From the NCBI GenBank assembly GCA_033763315.1, contig JANRKS010000024.1, positions 64,001-128,000 on the forward strand: 64,000 bases of DNA, in the 5' to 3' direction. Source of the DNA: Deltaproteobacteria bacterium. GTDB taxonomy: Bacteria > Myxococcota_A > Polyangia > Fen-1088. Under the pieces are notes generated by a model. That model saw only the letters and a list, made by a program, of their open reading frames with translations, searched no databases and had not been told where the DNA came from. The position numbers and the translations under genes are program-made. Below are positions 1-9,401 of this stretch, piece after piece (the stretch's first letter is position 1; every line of letters starts with the position of its first letter).

Positions 1-1
1 A

Positions 2-184
2 GCAAAGTGCGTTGTGGTCGAACGACGTTCCCACCCCTGTTCCGGTCACATAGATCATACCGTTGCCGGCAATATCAACCTGCGTGACGTTGGTTACACA
101 AGAGAGGTTGGCGTGAGCAACACCAGTGCTCAAGGTTCCGATCGCAAGCGCGGCAGCTGAAGCAAATTTGATAAACGATTTCAT
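2..184 (-). CDS. Secreted protein, 5' part only (runs off the left edge of the window)
   Basis: Not in the ORF track. ATG at 184 preceded by AAGGAG; reads MKSFIKFASAAALAIGTLSTGVAHA-NLSCVTNVTQVDIAGNGMIYVTG..., a Sec signal peptide with an AHA cleavage site, and stays open to the edge. Confidence 0.8.
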   Translation of the reverse strand, partial: MKSFIKFASAAALAIGTLSTGVAHANLSCVTNVTQVDIAGNGMIYVTGTGVGTSFDHNALC

Positions 185-190
185 CTTGGG

Positions 191-234
191 GTCTCCTTAA
201 ATGGGGTCGGACCTTCCCGACATTTAGGGGAGAC
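191..234 (-). promoter_or_regulatory. 5'-UTR hairpin sequestering the Shine-Dalgarno of the 184 gene
   Basis: Minus strand GTCTCCCCTAAATGTCGGGAAGGTCCGACCCCATTTAAGGAGAC; GTCTCC/GGAGAC, TAAAT/ATTTA and GTCGG/CCGAC pair, and the SD lies in the 3' arm. Confidence 0.55.
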
Positions 235-361
235 ACGGGCTTTGAATCTGTCGCAAAGAAATTCAAGTTCTAAAGAGCTTTCTAAGCCACCGTGGCGCGG
301 TGAACGCTGTAAGGGATACCGATGCCCTTATTATTCACGCGGCCGAGGACGTACATACGAG

Positions 362-1153
362 CTATCGCCCAAGCACGCGCGAAACGCTTACGCGAATGTC
401 ACCCGAAAACTGCCTAAACAAACTGTCGGCCTCCGCCGCCGACACTCTGAGGCGAGCACCAAGTTGATTGTGCACGCGTGAAAGCAACTTTGAACGTATC
501 GCAACGATCCAGCGGGCGACCGTGGCTCGGTGGACGCCGTAAAGTTTGCCTATGCCGTCGATGTTGACCCCATCAAGAACGTACATGCGAAGAATCACTC
601 GTTCTTGATCCGTTAGTGTTTCGATCGCTTCTTCGAAGGCGGCTTTCAAGTCAGCTTTGTGCGCTTGCAGAATGGAACTAACCGCATCGCCCTGGGCGGG
701 ATCGGCGAGCTTGGCGATAACCTCTTCGCCCTCACGAACATGTGCGCCCCGACCACTGGCCGTGAGAAACCGAATGGCGGAACGAGTGGCCGTGGTGCGA
801 ATCCACGGGCGCAGCGGACCCTTGCCCGAGAACTTGGCAATGAGGGGCGAGGTTGAGTACAGAAGTTGGATTCGGAACTCCTGGAGAAAGTCGTCCAACG
901 CATCACCGGATAGGCGCAGTGGCCTTAGGTACGAAGGGAGCAACGGCATGATTTGGCCCTCGAGGGCCGCCAGAGCCTCCGTGTTTCTTAAAGAACAGGC
1001 CAATGCCCAAAAGAAGTCGTCCGGAAAGAACATTTCCGGCATCTCGACGCATCGCGTCCGGAATTCCTCGAGCGTCAGGCTCACGGTGGGAAACCGTTCT
1101 TTGCCTTTGGCAAACGCAACTGATAAATCCGGACATGTGGAGACTGCTCCCAT
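362..1153 (-). CDS. ECF-type sigma-70 factor, Myxococcales-type
   Basis: Region 2-like FSGKGPLRPWIRTTATR, region 4 HTH LRMYVLDGVNIDGIGKLYGVHRATVARW, and the N- and C-terminal extensions typical of myxobacterial kinase-linked ECFs. Confidence 0.85.
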   Translation of the reverse strand: MGAVSTCPDLSVAFAKGKERFPTVSLTLEEFRTRCVEMPEMFFPDDFFWALACSLRNTEALAALEGQIMPLLPSYLRPLRLSGDALDDFLQEFRIQLLYSTSPLIAKFSGKGPLRPWIRTTATRSAIRFLTASGRGAHVREGEEVIAKLADPAQGDAVSSILQAHKADLKAAFEEAIETLTDQERVILRMYVLDGVNIDGIGKLYGVHRATVARWIVAIRSKLLSRVHNQLGARLRVSAAEADSLFRQFSGDIRVSVSRVLGR

Positions 1154-1163
1154 CTACCCGGAT

Positions 1164-1174
1164 GGTATCATACC
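1164..1174. promoter_or_regulatory. Palindromic bidirectional -10 element between the ECF and kinase genes
   Basis: GGTATCATACC gives TG-N-TATCAT on + and TATGAT on -, inside a 40-bp divergent gap. Confidence 0.4.
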
Positions 1175-1193
1175 TGCTTCTACCGGTGAGCCA

Positions 1194-2720
1194 GTGTCTC
1201 AGCCCCCATTTGAATCAAGCCTACCTTTGCAGCCGGAGCCCTGCCCGAGCGTCAACGCCATCTGCGATCTGATGAGCGAGGGGGCGACGCCTTCGACACG
1301 ATGGGTGCTTGAACATGCCCACCATTGCGATGATTGCCGTCAATTGCTCTCGGCATCGGCCATGACGGAGACCGATGACTCCCCCGCCAGCAACTCTTAC
1401 ACCCTCGCTGTCGAAGATACGGTGGCGTCGAGGTACAGGATCCTTCGGCGCATCGGCCACGGCGGCATGGGCGAAGTCTATGAAGCTCTGGACACGGAGC
1501 TTGACGAACGAGTGGCACTCAAGACATTGACGCTCACGCGGCTCGATAGCGCTTCGGCAATCAACCGCTTCAAGCAAGAAATCAAGCTTGCTCGGCGAGT
1601 CACGCACGCCTCCGTTTGCAAGCTGTTCGAGTTTGGATTTCATAATCGCGCAACGCCTCGCGGGACGGAGGTTATTCCCTTCATCACCATGGAGTTCATT
1701 GAAGGCCAGTCACTCAACGAAGCCATGCACGAAAGGAGTGCCTTCAAAATGGCCGACGCCAAAATGCTCCTGCTGCAGCTCTTGGAAGGGTTAGCGGCGC
1801 TTCACGACACAGGTGTGGTCCATCGAGATTTAAAACCCCACAATGTCTTGCTCGTCAGCAAGCAAGAGGATCCGCTGCGCGTGGTTCTTATAGACTTTGG
1901 CCTGGCCCGTATCATGAACGCGCGGCCTGGGTCCTTATCTGGCGCCAATGTTTTTGCGGGCTCGTTCGAATACGCGTCTCCCGAACAATTGCGGGGAGAG
2001 AACGTCACTGCGAAGTCGGACCTTTATTCGCTAGGCGTCGTTGCTTTCGAGATTCTCACCGGCCATCGTCCCTTTTCCGGCACTGACTCACTAGCGGAGG
2101 CCACTCAACGATTAACAGAGGCACCCAAACGCCTGGAAGATTTCGGCGTCATTAGTCGGGAGTGGCAGGACTTCATCGCTCGATGTTTGGAGCGGTCGCC
2201 CGATGACCGCTTTGTCAGCGCTCGCGCCGCAGCCGCAGCTGTGTCGGCATTGCCCTCGCGTGAGACTGACAAACGACTTATGGTCTGGCCACGGCTTGCT
2301 CTGGCCGCCCTTGCATGTGCCACCCTCGCCGGCAGCGCCGCTTTTGCGACGGTCTTCACGAGGGCGCCCGGAGTCGTCCGCTCACTTTCACCAACGCCAA
2401 ACGGCTCAAAGCCTTCGTTGCCGGCGCAAAACGCAGCCGCACCTTCTGAGGCACGCGTCGATGGGGAGCCCGTAGTCGTCAATACTGACCCGCCTCCCAT
2501 GGCCGTGACGGCATCAACAAAAACCCCTGTCGTCCAGTTCGTTAAACGCTCGCGCAGGAAACGTACCACCGGTTTCGTATCGCCCCGGACTTCCGCATCA
2601 GCGTCACAGGCGAACCCACCTGCCAAGGCATCACTTCAGCCTTACCGGGCTTGGCAGGCGCCTGAGACGTCCATGTTGCGGAGCAATGATGGGCTCGTTA
2701 GCCCTTACCATCCACACTGA
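1194..2720 (+). CDS. Hanks-type Ser/Thr protein kinase with N-terminal zinc-binding (HxxxCxxC) motif, TM helix and Pro-rich C-terminal tail
   Basis: IGHGGMGEVY, VALK, HRDLKPHN, DFG, YASPE, SDLYSLG; EHAHHCDDC near the N-terminus; TM LALAALACATLAGSAAFA. Start moved from 657 to GTG 1194 because the upstream frame is antisense to the ECF gene. Confidence 0.9.
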   Translation: MSQPPFESSLPLQPEPCPSVNAICDLMSEGATPSTRWVLEHAHHCDDCRQLLSASAMTETDDSPASNSYTLAVEDTVASRYRILRRIGHGGMGEVYEALDTELDERVALKTLTLTRLDSASAINRFKQEIKLARRVTHASVCKLFEFGFHNRATPRGTEVIPFITMEFIEGQSLNEAMHERSAFKMADAKMLLLQLLEGLAALHDTGVVHRDLKPHNVLLVSKQEDPLRVVLIDFGLARIMNARPGSLSGANVFAGSFEYASPEQLRGENVTAKSDLYSLGVVAFEILTGHRPFSGTDSLAEATQRLTEAPKRLEDFGVISREWQDFIARCLERSPDDRFVSARAAAAAVSALPSRETDKRLMVWPRLALAALACATLAGSAAFATVFTRAPGVVRSLSPTPNGSKPSLPAQNAAAPSEARVDGEPVVVNTDPPPMAVTASTKTPVVQFVKRSRRKRTTGFVSPRTSASASQANPPAKASLQPYRAWQAPETSMLRSNDGLVSPYHPH

Positions 2721-2723
2721 CGA

Positions 2724-3542
2724 CTAGGGGCTCGCATCATCCTTTTTTGAAGGCCGTGCCATATAGAGGACAGAACATATAGCTGCAGCAGCGCCGAGGG
2801 CCATCGCAGTGAGAGTTACGACGTTAAAGGTTCTGACACTGTTAAGCAGCCCGTCATTGGAGCGCTGCTTGTCAACAAGCTCTGAGGTCGTCACACCTGC
2901 GGCCTTCTGCGCTTGCAGGAACTGGTCCGTGTTTGACCAGCGAGCATAGCGCTCACGGTTCCAAAGAAAGCCACCGCCCCCTAAACCGACGGTTGCCCCC
3001 CCAAATACCAACGCTGCCTTAGCCCACGAACGCGAGCGTGGCTGTTCCGATTGGGAGGTCGAAGCTGAATCCTTGGCTATAGAAAGGGCAGGGACAGGAG
3101 TTGCGAGGTCAGCCTTTTCGATCTCGACTAACGTGGGAAGCAGTTCCGTTCGCTCCGCTGGTGGAGAGTCACACTCCGCAGTAAGTGTTTTTGCATAGCG
3201 TTCTGCCTGATCACGCAGCGAGCTTTCTAACTCGGGCGCTGCCTTTGTGATGAATTCTCGATACTGAAAAAGAGCCTCTTTGCATTTGCCACCAAGCCTT
3301 AGCGCCTGGGCCAAATTGAAGATCAGGAGAGGGTTCGAATCCAATTTCACCGCCTCGCCAAGGGCCGCGGCGGCCCCAGAATAGTCCCGCGCCTCGAAAG
3401 CCTCATTCGCTCGCGCATAAAGCGCGATGGCTTCAGGATTCGGGCTAGCCAAATCTGCAGCCTGGACAAGGCTTAACGGGCACAATCCCAGAAGCGAGAA
3501 CGCCACGATTGTTGTGGCGACAATATACGGACTGTGACTCAT
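2724..3542 (-). CDS. Exported TPR protein with C-terminal hydrophobic segments
   Basis: Signal peptide; TPR helices YARANEAFEARDYSGAAAAL...LIFNLAQALRLGGKCKEALFQYREF; two C-terminal hydrophobic stretches. Start 3542 (ATG) or 3575. Confidence 0.8.
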   Translation of the reverse strand: MSHSPYIVATTIVAFSLLGLCPLSLVQAADLASPNPEAIALYARANEAFEARDYSGAAAALGEAVKLDSNPLLIFNLAQALRLGGKCKEALFQYREFITKAAPELESSLRDQAERYAKTLTAECDSPPAERTELLPTLVEIEKADLATPVPALSIAKDSASTSQSEQPRSRSWAKAALVFGGATVGLGGGGFLWNRERYARWSNTDQFLQAQKAAGVTTSELVDKQRSNDGLLNSVRTFNVVTLTAMALGAAAAICSVLYMARPSKKDDASP

Positions 3543-3599
3543 CGAGAGGCTCCGGCGCAACTGTGCATAGCGCACTGATGCGGCGTTGCCACCGATGTC

Positions 3600-5744
3600 T
3601 CACGGCAGCCAGCGAGGTGCCGTAGGCGTTCGTGTTGGCAACACTAAGCCTGAAGTTGGGCCCGTGCCGAGAATTCCATCCTGATTGTTTCCGAAAAAAT
3701 ATAGGCTTCCATTCGGTAATGTTGCGCAGCTCGTTTGCCCTAGGGTCGAAAAACCAGCGACTTTGTCGGCAATAGCCTTGGTCGGCGTTATGACGTTCCC
3801 CTCGGTTGTCAGGGTGCTTGCTTGGCCAAAGTCGTTCCAGCCGCAACAGATCAGCTCCTGCGAATCCCTAAGACGGCCACACGAATGCCCGCCACCTACC
3901 TGATACTGATCAAACTTCAAATCACGATCGTTCGATCGGACCGGTAAGGACACGAAAGGCTCGAGGCCGGTCCGCGTGCCCAAGCAGGCCTCTCCCGAAA
4001 TGTTTAGGCCCCAACAGTACGCAAGACCAGCGGATGTGAGCACGCATGTCTGGCGGTAGCCTCCAGATATGGACACCACACTCGATGCATCAAAAACGGC
4101 GATCTTGCCGACAGTGTCTCGCTGCTTGACCATAACTGGGAAAGCAGAATCTGATTGGGAGCCATCGCCCAACTGGCCTGTGTTGTTGCGCCCCCAACAG
4201 GCAAGGGTTCCGGCGCGCAGCTTTGCGCACGAGTGGTCCCAGCCAAGGCCGATGGAGTCTACAGCCCCCAAGCCAGCCACGGGCGTCGGCTGCCAAACGA
4301 CGGTCTGCGAGGCATCAGAAAACCATCCGCTCTGGCCGAACTCATTCGAGCCCCAGCAGTGCACAGACGCGTCGTCCAGCAGAGCACAGCTGTGCCGAAG
4401 CCCAGACGCCAACTGCAGCGCTTTTCTACCGGTTGGGAATCGCAAGGCCACAGGGACACCTGAGTAGACCACACTTGGCCCAAGACCGATGTCGCCCGCG
4501 TGGTTAATGCCCCAGCAACGTACGACGCCATCCTCAGTCAACACGCAGCTTGCGTAAGCGGTGTTCTCCACCTGCTTGATCTTGCCGGACAACCCAAAGA
4601 CCTCACCGGGGAAGAATCGATCAGTCGTCGTGCCGTCACCCAACTGACCGAACGTATTCGAGCCCCAGCAGGAAACAGAATCGTCCGCACGCCCTACGCA
4701 GTAGTGGAAGTAGCCGCCCTTGCTAAGGGCAACGATATCTGGAATGCATTGGCCCGAGGAACAGAAATACGTGTTCTCACAGTCGAGGTCGTCGGCGCAG
4801 TTGGCTTTGCAAGTCTTGTTTCCCACCGCGATTGACAAATGCTCGCACTTTCCTTCTTTGCCTGACGTATTGCACGACTCGCAATCGCCATTGCATCGCG
4901 ATTCGCAGCAGACTCCCTGCGAGCAAAACCCGGTGGTGCATTGCAAGTCATTGGCACAGGCGCTCGATGGTACGTTCTGCACAAGAAACGCCTTTGCCTT
5001 GGTGGTTGACAGACCTGCTCGATCGGTCGCAACAACCAACACCGTGTGTTCTCCGAGGCTCAACCCATTCGTGCCAAACTCAAACACCCGGATGCCCGAA
5101 CCTAAGACCTTCTCGGAGGCCGGTATCGTTTTCTCAGCACCTTCGATCCACGCGACTATCGAGACTAGACCGGAGCGATCCGTAGCCGCCACAGTCACCG
5201 CAAGCGGGTCTTTGGCAACCACTGCAGACGCTGAGAACAGCTCGACTTCAGGCGGCGCGGTGTCAAGCTCGAACGCGGCTTGAGCAGCGAAAAGCCGACC
5301 GGCCCTATCCCTCAGGGTCGCTGACAGGACGTGAAGACCTGCGTCGACAGAGTCGAGCTGACGTTCAAAGGAGACGGGCCCCTTCGAGTAAGTCGCGATG
5401 AGCTGCCCATCAAGCCATATCTCAATTCGCTCGACCATTGATGGCGACGCCACCTCGACCCGCACATCAATCCGGTTTCCAACAAAGGATCCGTTGGCTG
5501 GCGAAACGATCCAAATCGGTTTTGTCTCCGCATCAGAATCAGAAGAGGCGTCGGCTGAGGGTGGCGGCGCACAACGCCCTGCGGATTGGTCGCAAAATAG
5601 ACCGGGCCCACAATCCTTATCGATTTGGCATGAACTACCCTCAGATCGCAGCTGTCCTTCGAGACAGGCGGAACAAGCCAATGCCATCGTGATGACCAAA
5701 GCCACGGTGGTGCAGATTATCTTAAGGGTTTTGACCAGGGGCAT
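3600..5744 (-). CDS. Lipoprotein with Ig-like domains, a Cys-rich module and an RCC1-repeat beta-propeller
   Basis: Lipoprotein-like signal (ALACSAC); Ig-like WIVSPANGS...GLHVLSATLRD; RCC1 repeats CWGSNTFGQLGDG, CWGSNEFGQSG, CWGRNNTGQLGDG. Start placed at ATG 5744 because the longer frame overlaps the upstream gene. Confidence 0.85.
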   Translation of the reverse strand: MPLVKTLKIICTTVALVITMALACSACLEGQLRSEGSSCQIDKDCGPGLFCDQSAGRCAPPPSADASSDSDAETKPIWIVSPANGSFVGNRIDVRVEVASPSMVERIEIWLDGQLIATYSKGPVSFERQLDSVDAGLHVLSATLRDRAGRLFAAQAAFELDTAPPEVELFSASAVVAKDPLAVTVAATDRSGLVSIVAWIEGAEKTIPASEKVLGSGIRVFEFGTNGLSLGEHTVLVVATDRAGLSTTKAKAFLVQNVPSSACANDLQCTTGFCSQGVCCESRCNGDCESCNTSGKEGKCEHLSIAVGNKTCKANCADDLDCENTYFCSSGQCIPDIVALSKGGYFHYCVGRADDSVSCWGSNTFGQLGDGTTTDRFFPGEVFGLSGKIKQVENTAYASCVLTEDGVVRCWGINHAGDIGLGPSVVYSGVPVALRFPTGRKALQLASGLRHSCALLDDASVHCWGSNEFGQSGWFSDASQTVVWQPTPVAGLGAVDSIGLGWDHSCAKLRAGTLACWGRNNTGQLGDGSQSDSAFPVMVKQRDTVGKIAVFDASSVVSISGGYRQTCVLTSAGLAYCWGLNISGEACLGTRTGLEPFVSLPVRSNDRDLKFDQYQVGGGHSCGRLRDSQELICCGWNDFGQASTLTTEGNVITPTKAIADKVAGFSTLGQTSCATLPNGSLYFFGNNQDGILGTGPTSGLVLPTRTPTAPRWLP

Positions 5745-5803
5745 CAGGACCAAGAGGCAGTTGCAGCGTTTAAGAGAGACAGTTCCTTGAAGTTTGTCGC
5801 GTA

Positions 5804-7378
5804 CTAATTTTGCATATCCACTTCCCGCCCAACCGCCGCACAGCGGCGGCGCCAGATGAGGGCACAAGCCAATCCGAACATTGACAAGGTCGCAATAATG
5901 AGCGCCGTTGCGGTTTTGAACTTCTTCCCGAACTGAATTGGCCACCAATCGATACGCGCCTGCGGATAGGATCGTGGTATCGGAATCTGCATCGACGTGT
6001 AATGGGTCCAAGGGGCGGTCATTGTCGCTTCGATCCAGGACTTGTGCAGAGGCACTGTCTTCAACAACCACCAGTGGCCTTCGATCTGCTGGAAGGCCGG
6101 CAACCACTCGAATGGGTAGTAATCTTCGAAGCAGGGATCGCAAGACGTCGGGCGGGGAACACCTTTTGAGCCGATGCGGTTGGGATTACCTAGCCAGCCG
6201 TTGCGTGCCTCTTGCGAGATGCGAATGAAGTGGTCCCAGTAAAAGGCGTTGCCCAGCAGTTGCACAATAAGACCGACGACGCAGAGGCCAGCGATGGCCC
6301 AGCGCAGCGGTGTGCGAGAAGCTTTCGAAGCCGCTCCCCATATGTGATCCACCCACAGCGCACCCGGCAGAAACATCGGTGCCAGAAAAGGCAACATGTA
6401 GCGGGGGCCCCACCCCCAATCGCCTGACCACGCCTCGAATTTCGCATAAACACAGAACACGGGGATGGAACACAGAGCCAGCATTACGAGGAGAAAACGT
6501 CTGTTGGCAAATGCCCATTTCGTTGCGAGGGGCGAAAGGATCACCGGTGGCGAGTAAAGGAAAAGAGAGCGTCCCGGAGAAGCCAAAAGGCCATAAGCGC
6601 CCTCCCAGAATGGCTGCGCAAAGATCTCGGGCGTGACGGCGTAACCTGAACTCGTCGCCACACCCGTGCGGGCTTGGCTGTGCAGCATGATCACACCGGC
6701 TGCAGCCGCCAAGGGCGTCAAAGCCCAAGGCAAGAGCCATCCGAACGACTTCAGGTGCCTCCGCATCCGGTACGCACAGATCGCCAATCCGCCTGGTAAC
6801 GACAGAACAAAGATAATCTTCGAGTTCACCAACAGCGCCGCCCAAAATCCCACACGCAAGGCCGTCGCTTTGCGGGGCGAATGCCAAAACGCGATTAGTG
6901 CTCCGATGTATCCCATATACGTCGCCGCCTGAACGATCTCCGAATAGGGACTCCGCGCATAAACCCAAACACTCGTGCATAGGCCCACGACAAGCGTACA
7001 AAGACTCGCCACGCGAATGCGGATGCCCAGCCGCAAGCACGCGCTCAAAAACAGTGAGCATGTCAATGCACCGAAGAACGCCGGACCGAGGTGCGTGGTC
7101 AAAACCTTCGCCATCGCCCAAGCGTCCATCCAGCGCGCGATCACCCACTGGTAGATCATGAAGCCAGGGACCTGGGACAATGGCGCCATGATGGGATGAG
7201 GCGCGTACGTGAAAACGTTCGGCTGGCTGGTTGGAATACCCAAGTCGCCACGCAAAACGATTGATCCCGCCGTGTGATAGATCAGGCTCGCGTCGTTCCA
7301 CGGCGGCTCGCGGCTGGTGCTCAACATATAGACGCAGAAGAAGAAGCCCCAAACGGCAATGTGATGACGTGGCTTCAT
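5804..7378 (-). CDS. Multi-TM GT-C-fold glycosyltransferase-like protein (ArnT/PMT-like), paralog A
   Basis: Many TM helices; Asp in the first loop (REPPWND); SPGRSLFLYSP and WSGDWGWGPRY motifs typical of polyprenol-P-sugar-dependent GT-C proteins. Confidence 0.7.
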   Translation of the reverse strand: MKPRHHIAVWGFFFCVYMLSTSREPPWNDASLIYHTAGSIVLRGDLGIPTSQPNVFTYAPHPIMAPLSQVPGFMIYQWVIARWMDAWAMAKVLTTHLGPAFFGALTCSLFLSACLRLGIRIRVASLCTLVVGLCTSVWVYARSPYSEIVQAATYMGYIGALIAFWHSPRKATALRVGFWAALLVNSKIIFVLSLPGGLAICAYRMRRHLKSFGWLLPWALTPLAAAAGVIMLHSQARTGVATSSGYAVTPEIFAQPFWEGAYGLLASPGRSLFLYSPPVILSPLATKWAFANRRFLLVMLALCSIPVFCVYAKFEAWSGDWGWGPRYMLPFLAPMFLPGALWVDHIWGAASKASRTPLRWAIAGLCVVGLIVQLLGNAFYWDHFIRISQEARNGWLGNPNRIGSKGVPRPTSCDPCFEDYYPFEWLPAFQQIEGHWWLLKTVPLHKSWIEATMTAPWTHYTSMQIPIPRSYPQARIDWWPIQFGKKFKTATALIIATLSMFGLACALIWRRRCAAVGREVDMQN

Positions 7379-7391
7379 TGCGGCCTTCTCA

Positions 7392-9347
7392 TTATGGTTT
7401 CGCCGGTGCGAGCGTGACGGTACCCCAGGCCAAGCCTGGCAGATCTGTGTTGTTCGTAGGAGCGGGAGCGAGTTGCTCGATGCGCGCGATGTTGATGCCA
7501 GAACGCAGGGAGGTCGCCGGCAGCAAGAAGTTAAAATGCGTCCAACCAGGAGATGGCAGATCTTGCTTTGCTACCTCCGAACCGCCAACGACCAAACGCA
7601 CGTGGGCTGGCGCGCGCGGAACGAATACTGTGACATCGGCGACGATCGCTTCGGCCCTGCGGAGCGCAAAGCCCCATGTCGCTTCCGCGCCTTGCACCCA
7701 ATGTGCGACGCGCCCTTCCAAGGTCATTTTCGGTCCGAATCCAGCTAACGAATATCGATCGTCGGAGAGCAAAATCGATTCGGGCGCCCGGTGATCATAA
7801 AACGTTTCGGCGGACGACAGCAGGTCGTACTTCGCTGGCGATGTGTTCGCCGCGGCGGCCAGCCACCAGTTAAGAGGCGCAGAACCAATGTTGCCAGTGC
7901 TGTCATAGACGCTCGCCAAGATACGTGACGTGGCCCCGGTCCATAGTTGCAGCATGTCTTGCGGTAGCCCAGGTGGAATTCGCTTGGCACCATAGTCATC
8001 GGCAAGCTGCAAATTGATGATGCTGGGCACGAAAAGCAACGCCATGGGCAGGGCGAACTTCAAGACGATTGAGCTCCAGCGTTGGGCGGCAGCCACTATT
8101 GAATCAAGCACCATCGCCAGCCCGAAGCCAAAATAGATTGTGCAGCCCAAAAAGCGCCTACCCCCGAAAGACCAACCGCCCCACCAGTCAACTGTCGCTC
8201 CATTGACAATGGCTTGCAGGGCAAATACCACAAGCGCAAGGCGCGCAAAGGTGCGCGCCTTCTTTTCAATGCGACCGGACAACGCTACCGCAACCAATCC
8301 GATAACAGCCACGTAGACCAGCGGATGCCAAGAAAACAAACCAAAGCGGCTTGAAAACAGAACTTCGAGAAAGCGGCTCGATTTGAATTCCAGAAAGTGC
8401 GCCTCGTGCGGATCCAAAACCCATCGACCATAGATCCTTCGCCACGCGAGGAGCTGCACAAAGTAGACGCTCGTCGCACTCAGGGCGAACGCCAGCCCCT
8501 TAATGACGAGCGAGCCCAGTGCCTTTCGTTCGCGCAAGCGCAAGGCAGCTAGGGCCAGGACGCACCACTCAGTCAAAGGAAGCACAGCGTGAATGGCATC
8601 CTGCGGTCGCACCAACATAGCCAAGCCCAACGCTGCACCCAACAAAACCCAAACACGTGTGCTACGCCCACCTTGTGTGCCGTACCAAAGGGTCACGAAG
8701 ATGGCGACCGCGACGGCACTGTTTGCGTGCGAAAACGATGGCTGTCGCAACATGTACCATGACAGCGGTGTGGCGAAAGCCAGCGCCACGACAGCGAACA
8801 GCGAGTTGCGGGCACTGAATGTGCGGCGACAAAGAGCGAACGTTAGCCATAACGCCGCAAGTCCGGCTGCGACGCTGCCAAACAGCGTGATTCGTTGAGC
8901 GATGGGGCCTGCGCCATTGGGGATCTCATTGGTGATGCCGAGCGCGTTTGTGACGGCTAGGTGAATGCGTGCGTAAGCAGCAAATGGCGACCAAAACACC
9001 GCACTTCCACACGTCCAGAAATTCTTCGGACGACCTGTGATGTGGCTGATGCCGAGGTTAAATGGTTGCCCAAGCAGGGCCAAGTCGTTGCTAAAGTCTA
9101 GGTCGCGATCGAACAGAGCGGAGCGCAGGTAAAGGTAGTAATACGTGCCGTCGCCCTGCGCATAGGGACTCGCGGTGTGAGCCACGGTTGGCTGTTGTGT
9201 GGTGTAGCGAAGGCAGAACCACAAGCACAAGAGACCGAACCAGAAAACAGGCCTGCTTAAGATGTCCCCGCGCAAGCTCCACATCCGCCAGTTGGCCTTA
9301 GCTTGGGTCGGGCGTGCACCGTCCTGACTTGTCTCCGTGATCTGCAT
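7392..9347 (-). CDS. Multi-TM GT-C-fold glycosyltransferase-like protein with a C-terminal periplasmic domain
   Basis: GDGTYYYLYLRSALFDRDLDF first loop, LVRPQD, FSSRFGLFSWHP, WWGGWSFGGRRF; many TM helices. Confidence 0.7.
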   Translation of the reverse strand: MQITETSQDGARPTQAKANWRMWSLRGDILSRPVFWFGLLCLWFCLRYTTQQPTVAHTASPYAQGDGTYYYLYLRSALFDRDLDFSNDLALLGQPFNLGISHITGRPKNFWTCGSAVFWSPFAAYARIHLAVTNALGITNEIPNGAGPIAQRITLFGSVAAGLAALWLTFALCRRTFSARNSLFAVVALAFATPLSWYMLRQPSFSHANSAVAVAIFVTLWYGTQGGRSTRVWVLLGAALGLAMLVRPQDAIHAVLPLTEWCVLALAALRLRERKALGSLVIKGLAFALSATSVYFVQLLAWRRIYGRWVLDPHEAHFLEFKSSRFLEVLFSSRFGLFSWHPLVYVAVIGLVAVALSGRIEKKARTFARLALVVFALQAIVNGATVDWWGGWSFGGRRFLGCTIYFGFGLAMVLDSIVAAAQRWSSIVLKFALPMALLFVPSIINLQLADDYGAKRIPPGLPQDMLQLWTGATSRILASVYDSTGNIGSAPLNWWLAAAANTSPAKYDLLSSAETFYDHRAPESILLSDDRYSLAGFGPKMTLEGRVAHWVQGAEATWGFALRRAEAIVADVTVFVPRAPAHVRLVVGGSEVAKQDLPSPGWTHFNFLLPATSLRSGINIARIEQLAPAPTNNTDLPGLAWGTVTLAPAKP

Positions 9348-9401
9348 TTACGTAGCCCTGCTGGGCCGAACACCGCAGCGTGGTGCGTGTCTAGCATCTC
9401 G

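Noticed and set aside
657-1193. N-terminal extension of the kinase ORF
   Set aside because: Antisense to the ECF gene with no domain features; an open frame by chance in GC-rich DNA.
5745-6143. N-terminal extension of the RCC1 ORF
   Set aside because: Overlaps the GT-C gene in another frame; the signal peptide begins at 5744.
6186-7352. 388-aa alternative-frame ORF
   Set aside because: Lies inside the GT-C gene; Arg/Gly-rich shadow frame without motifs.
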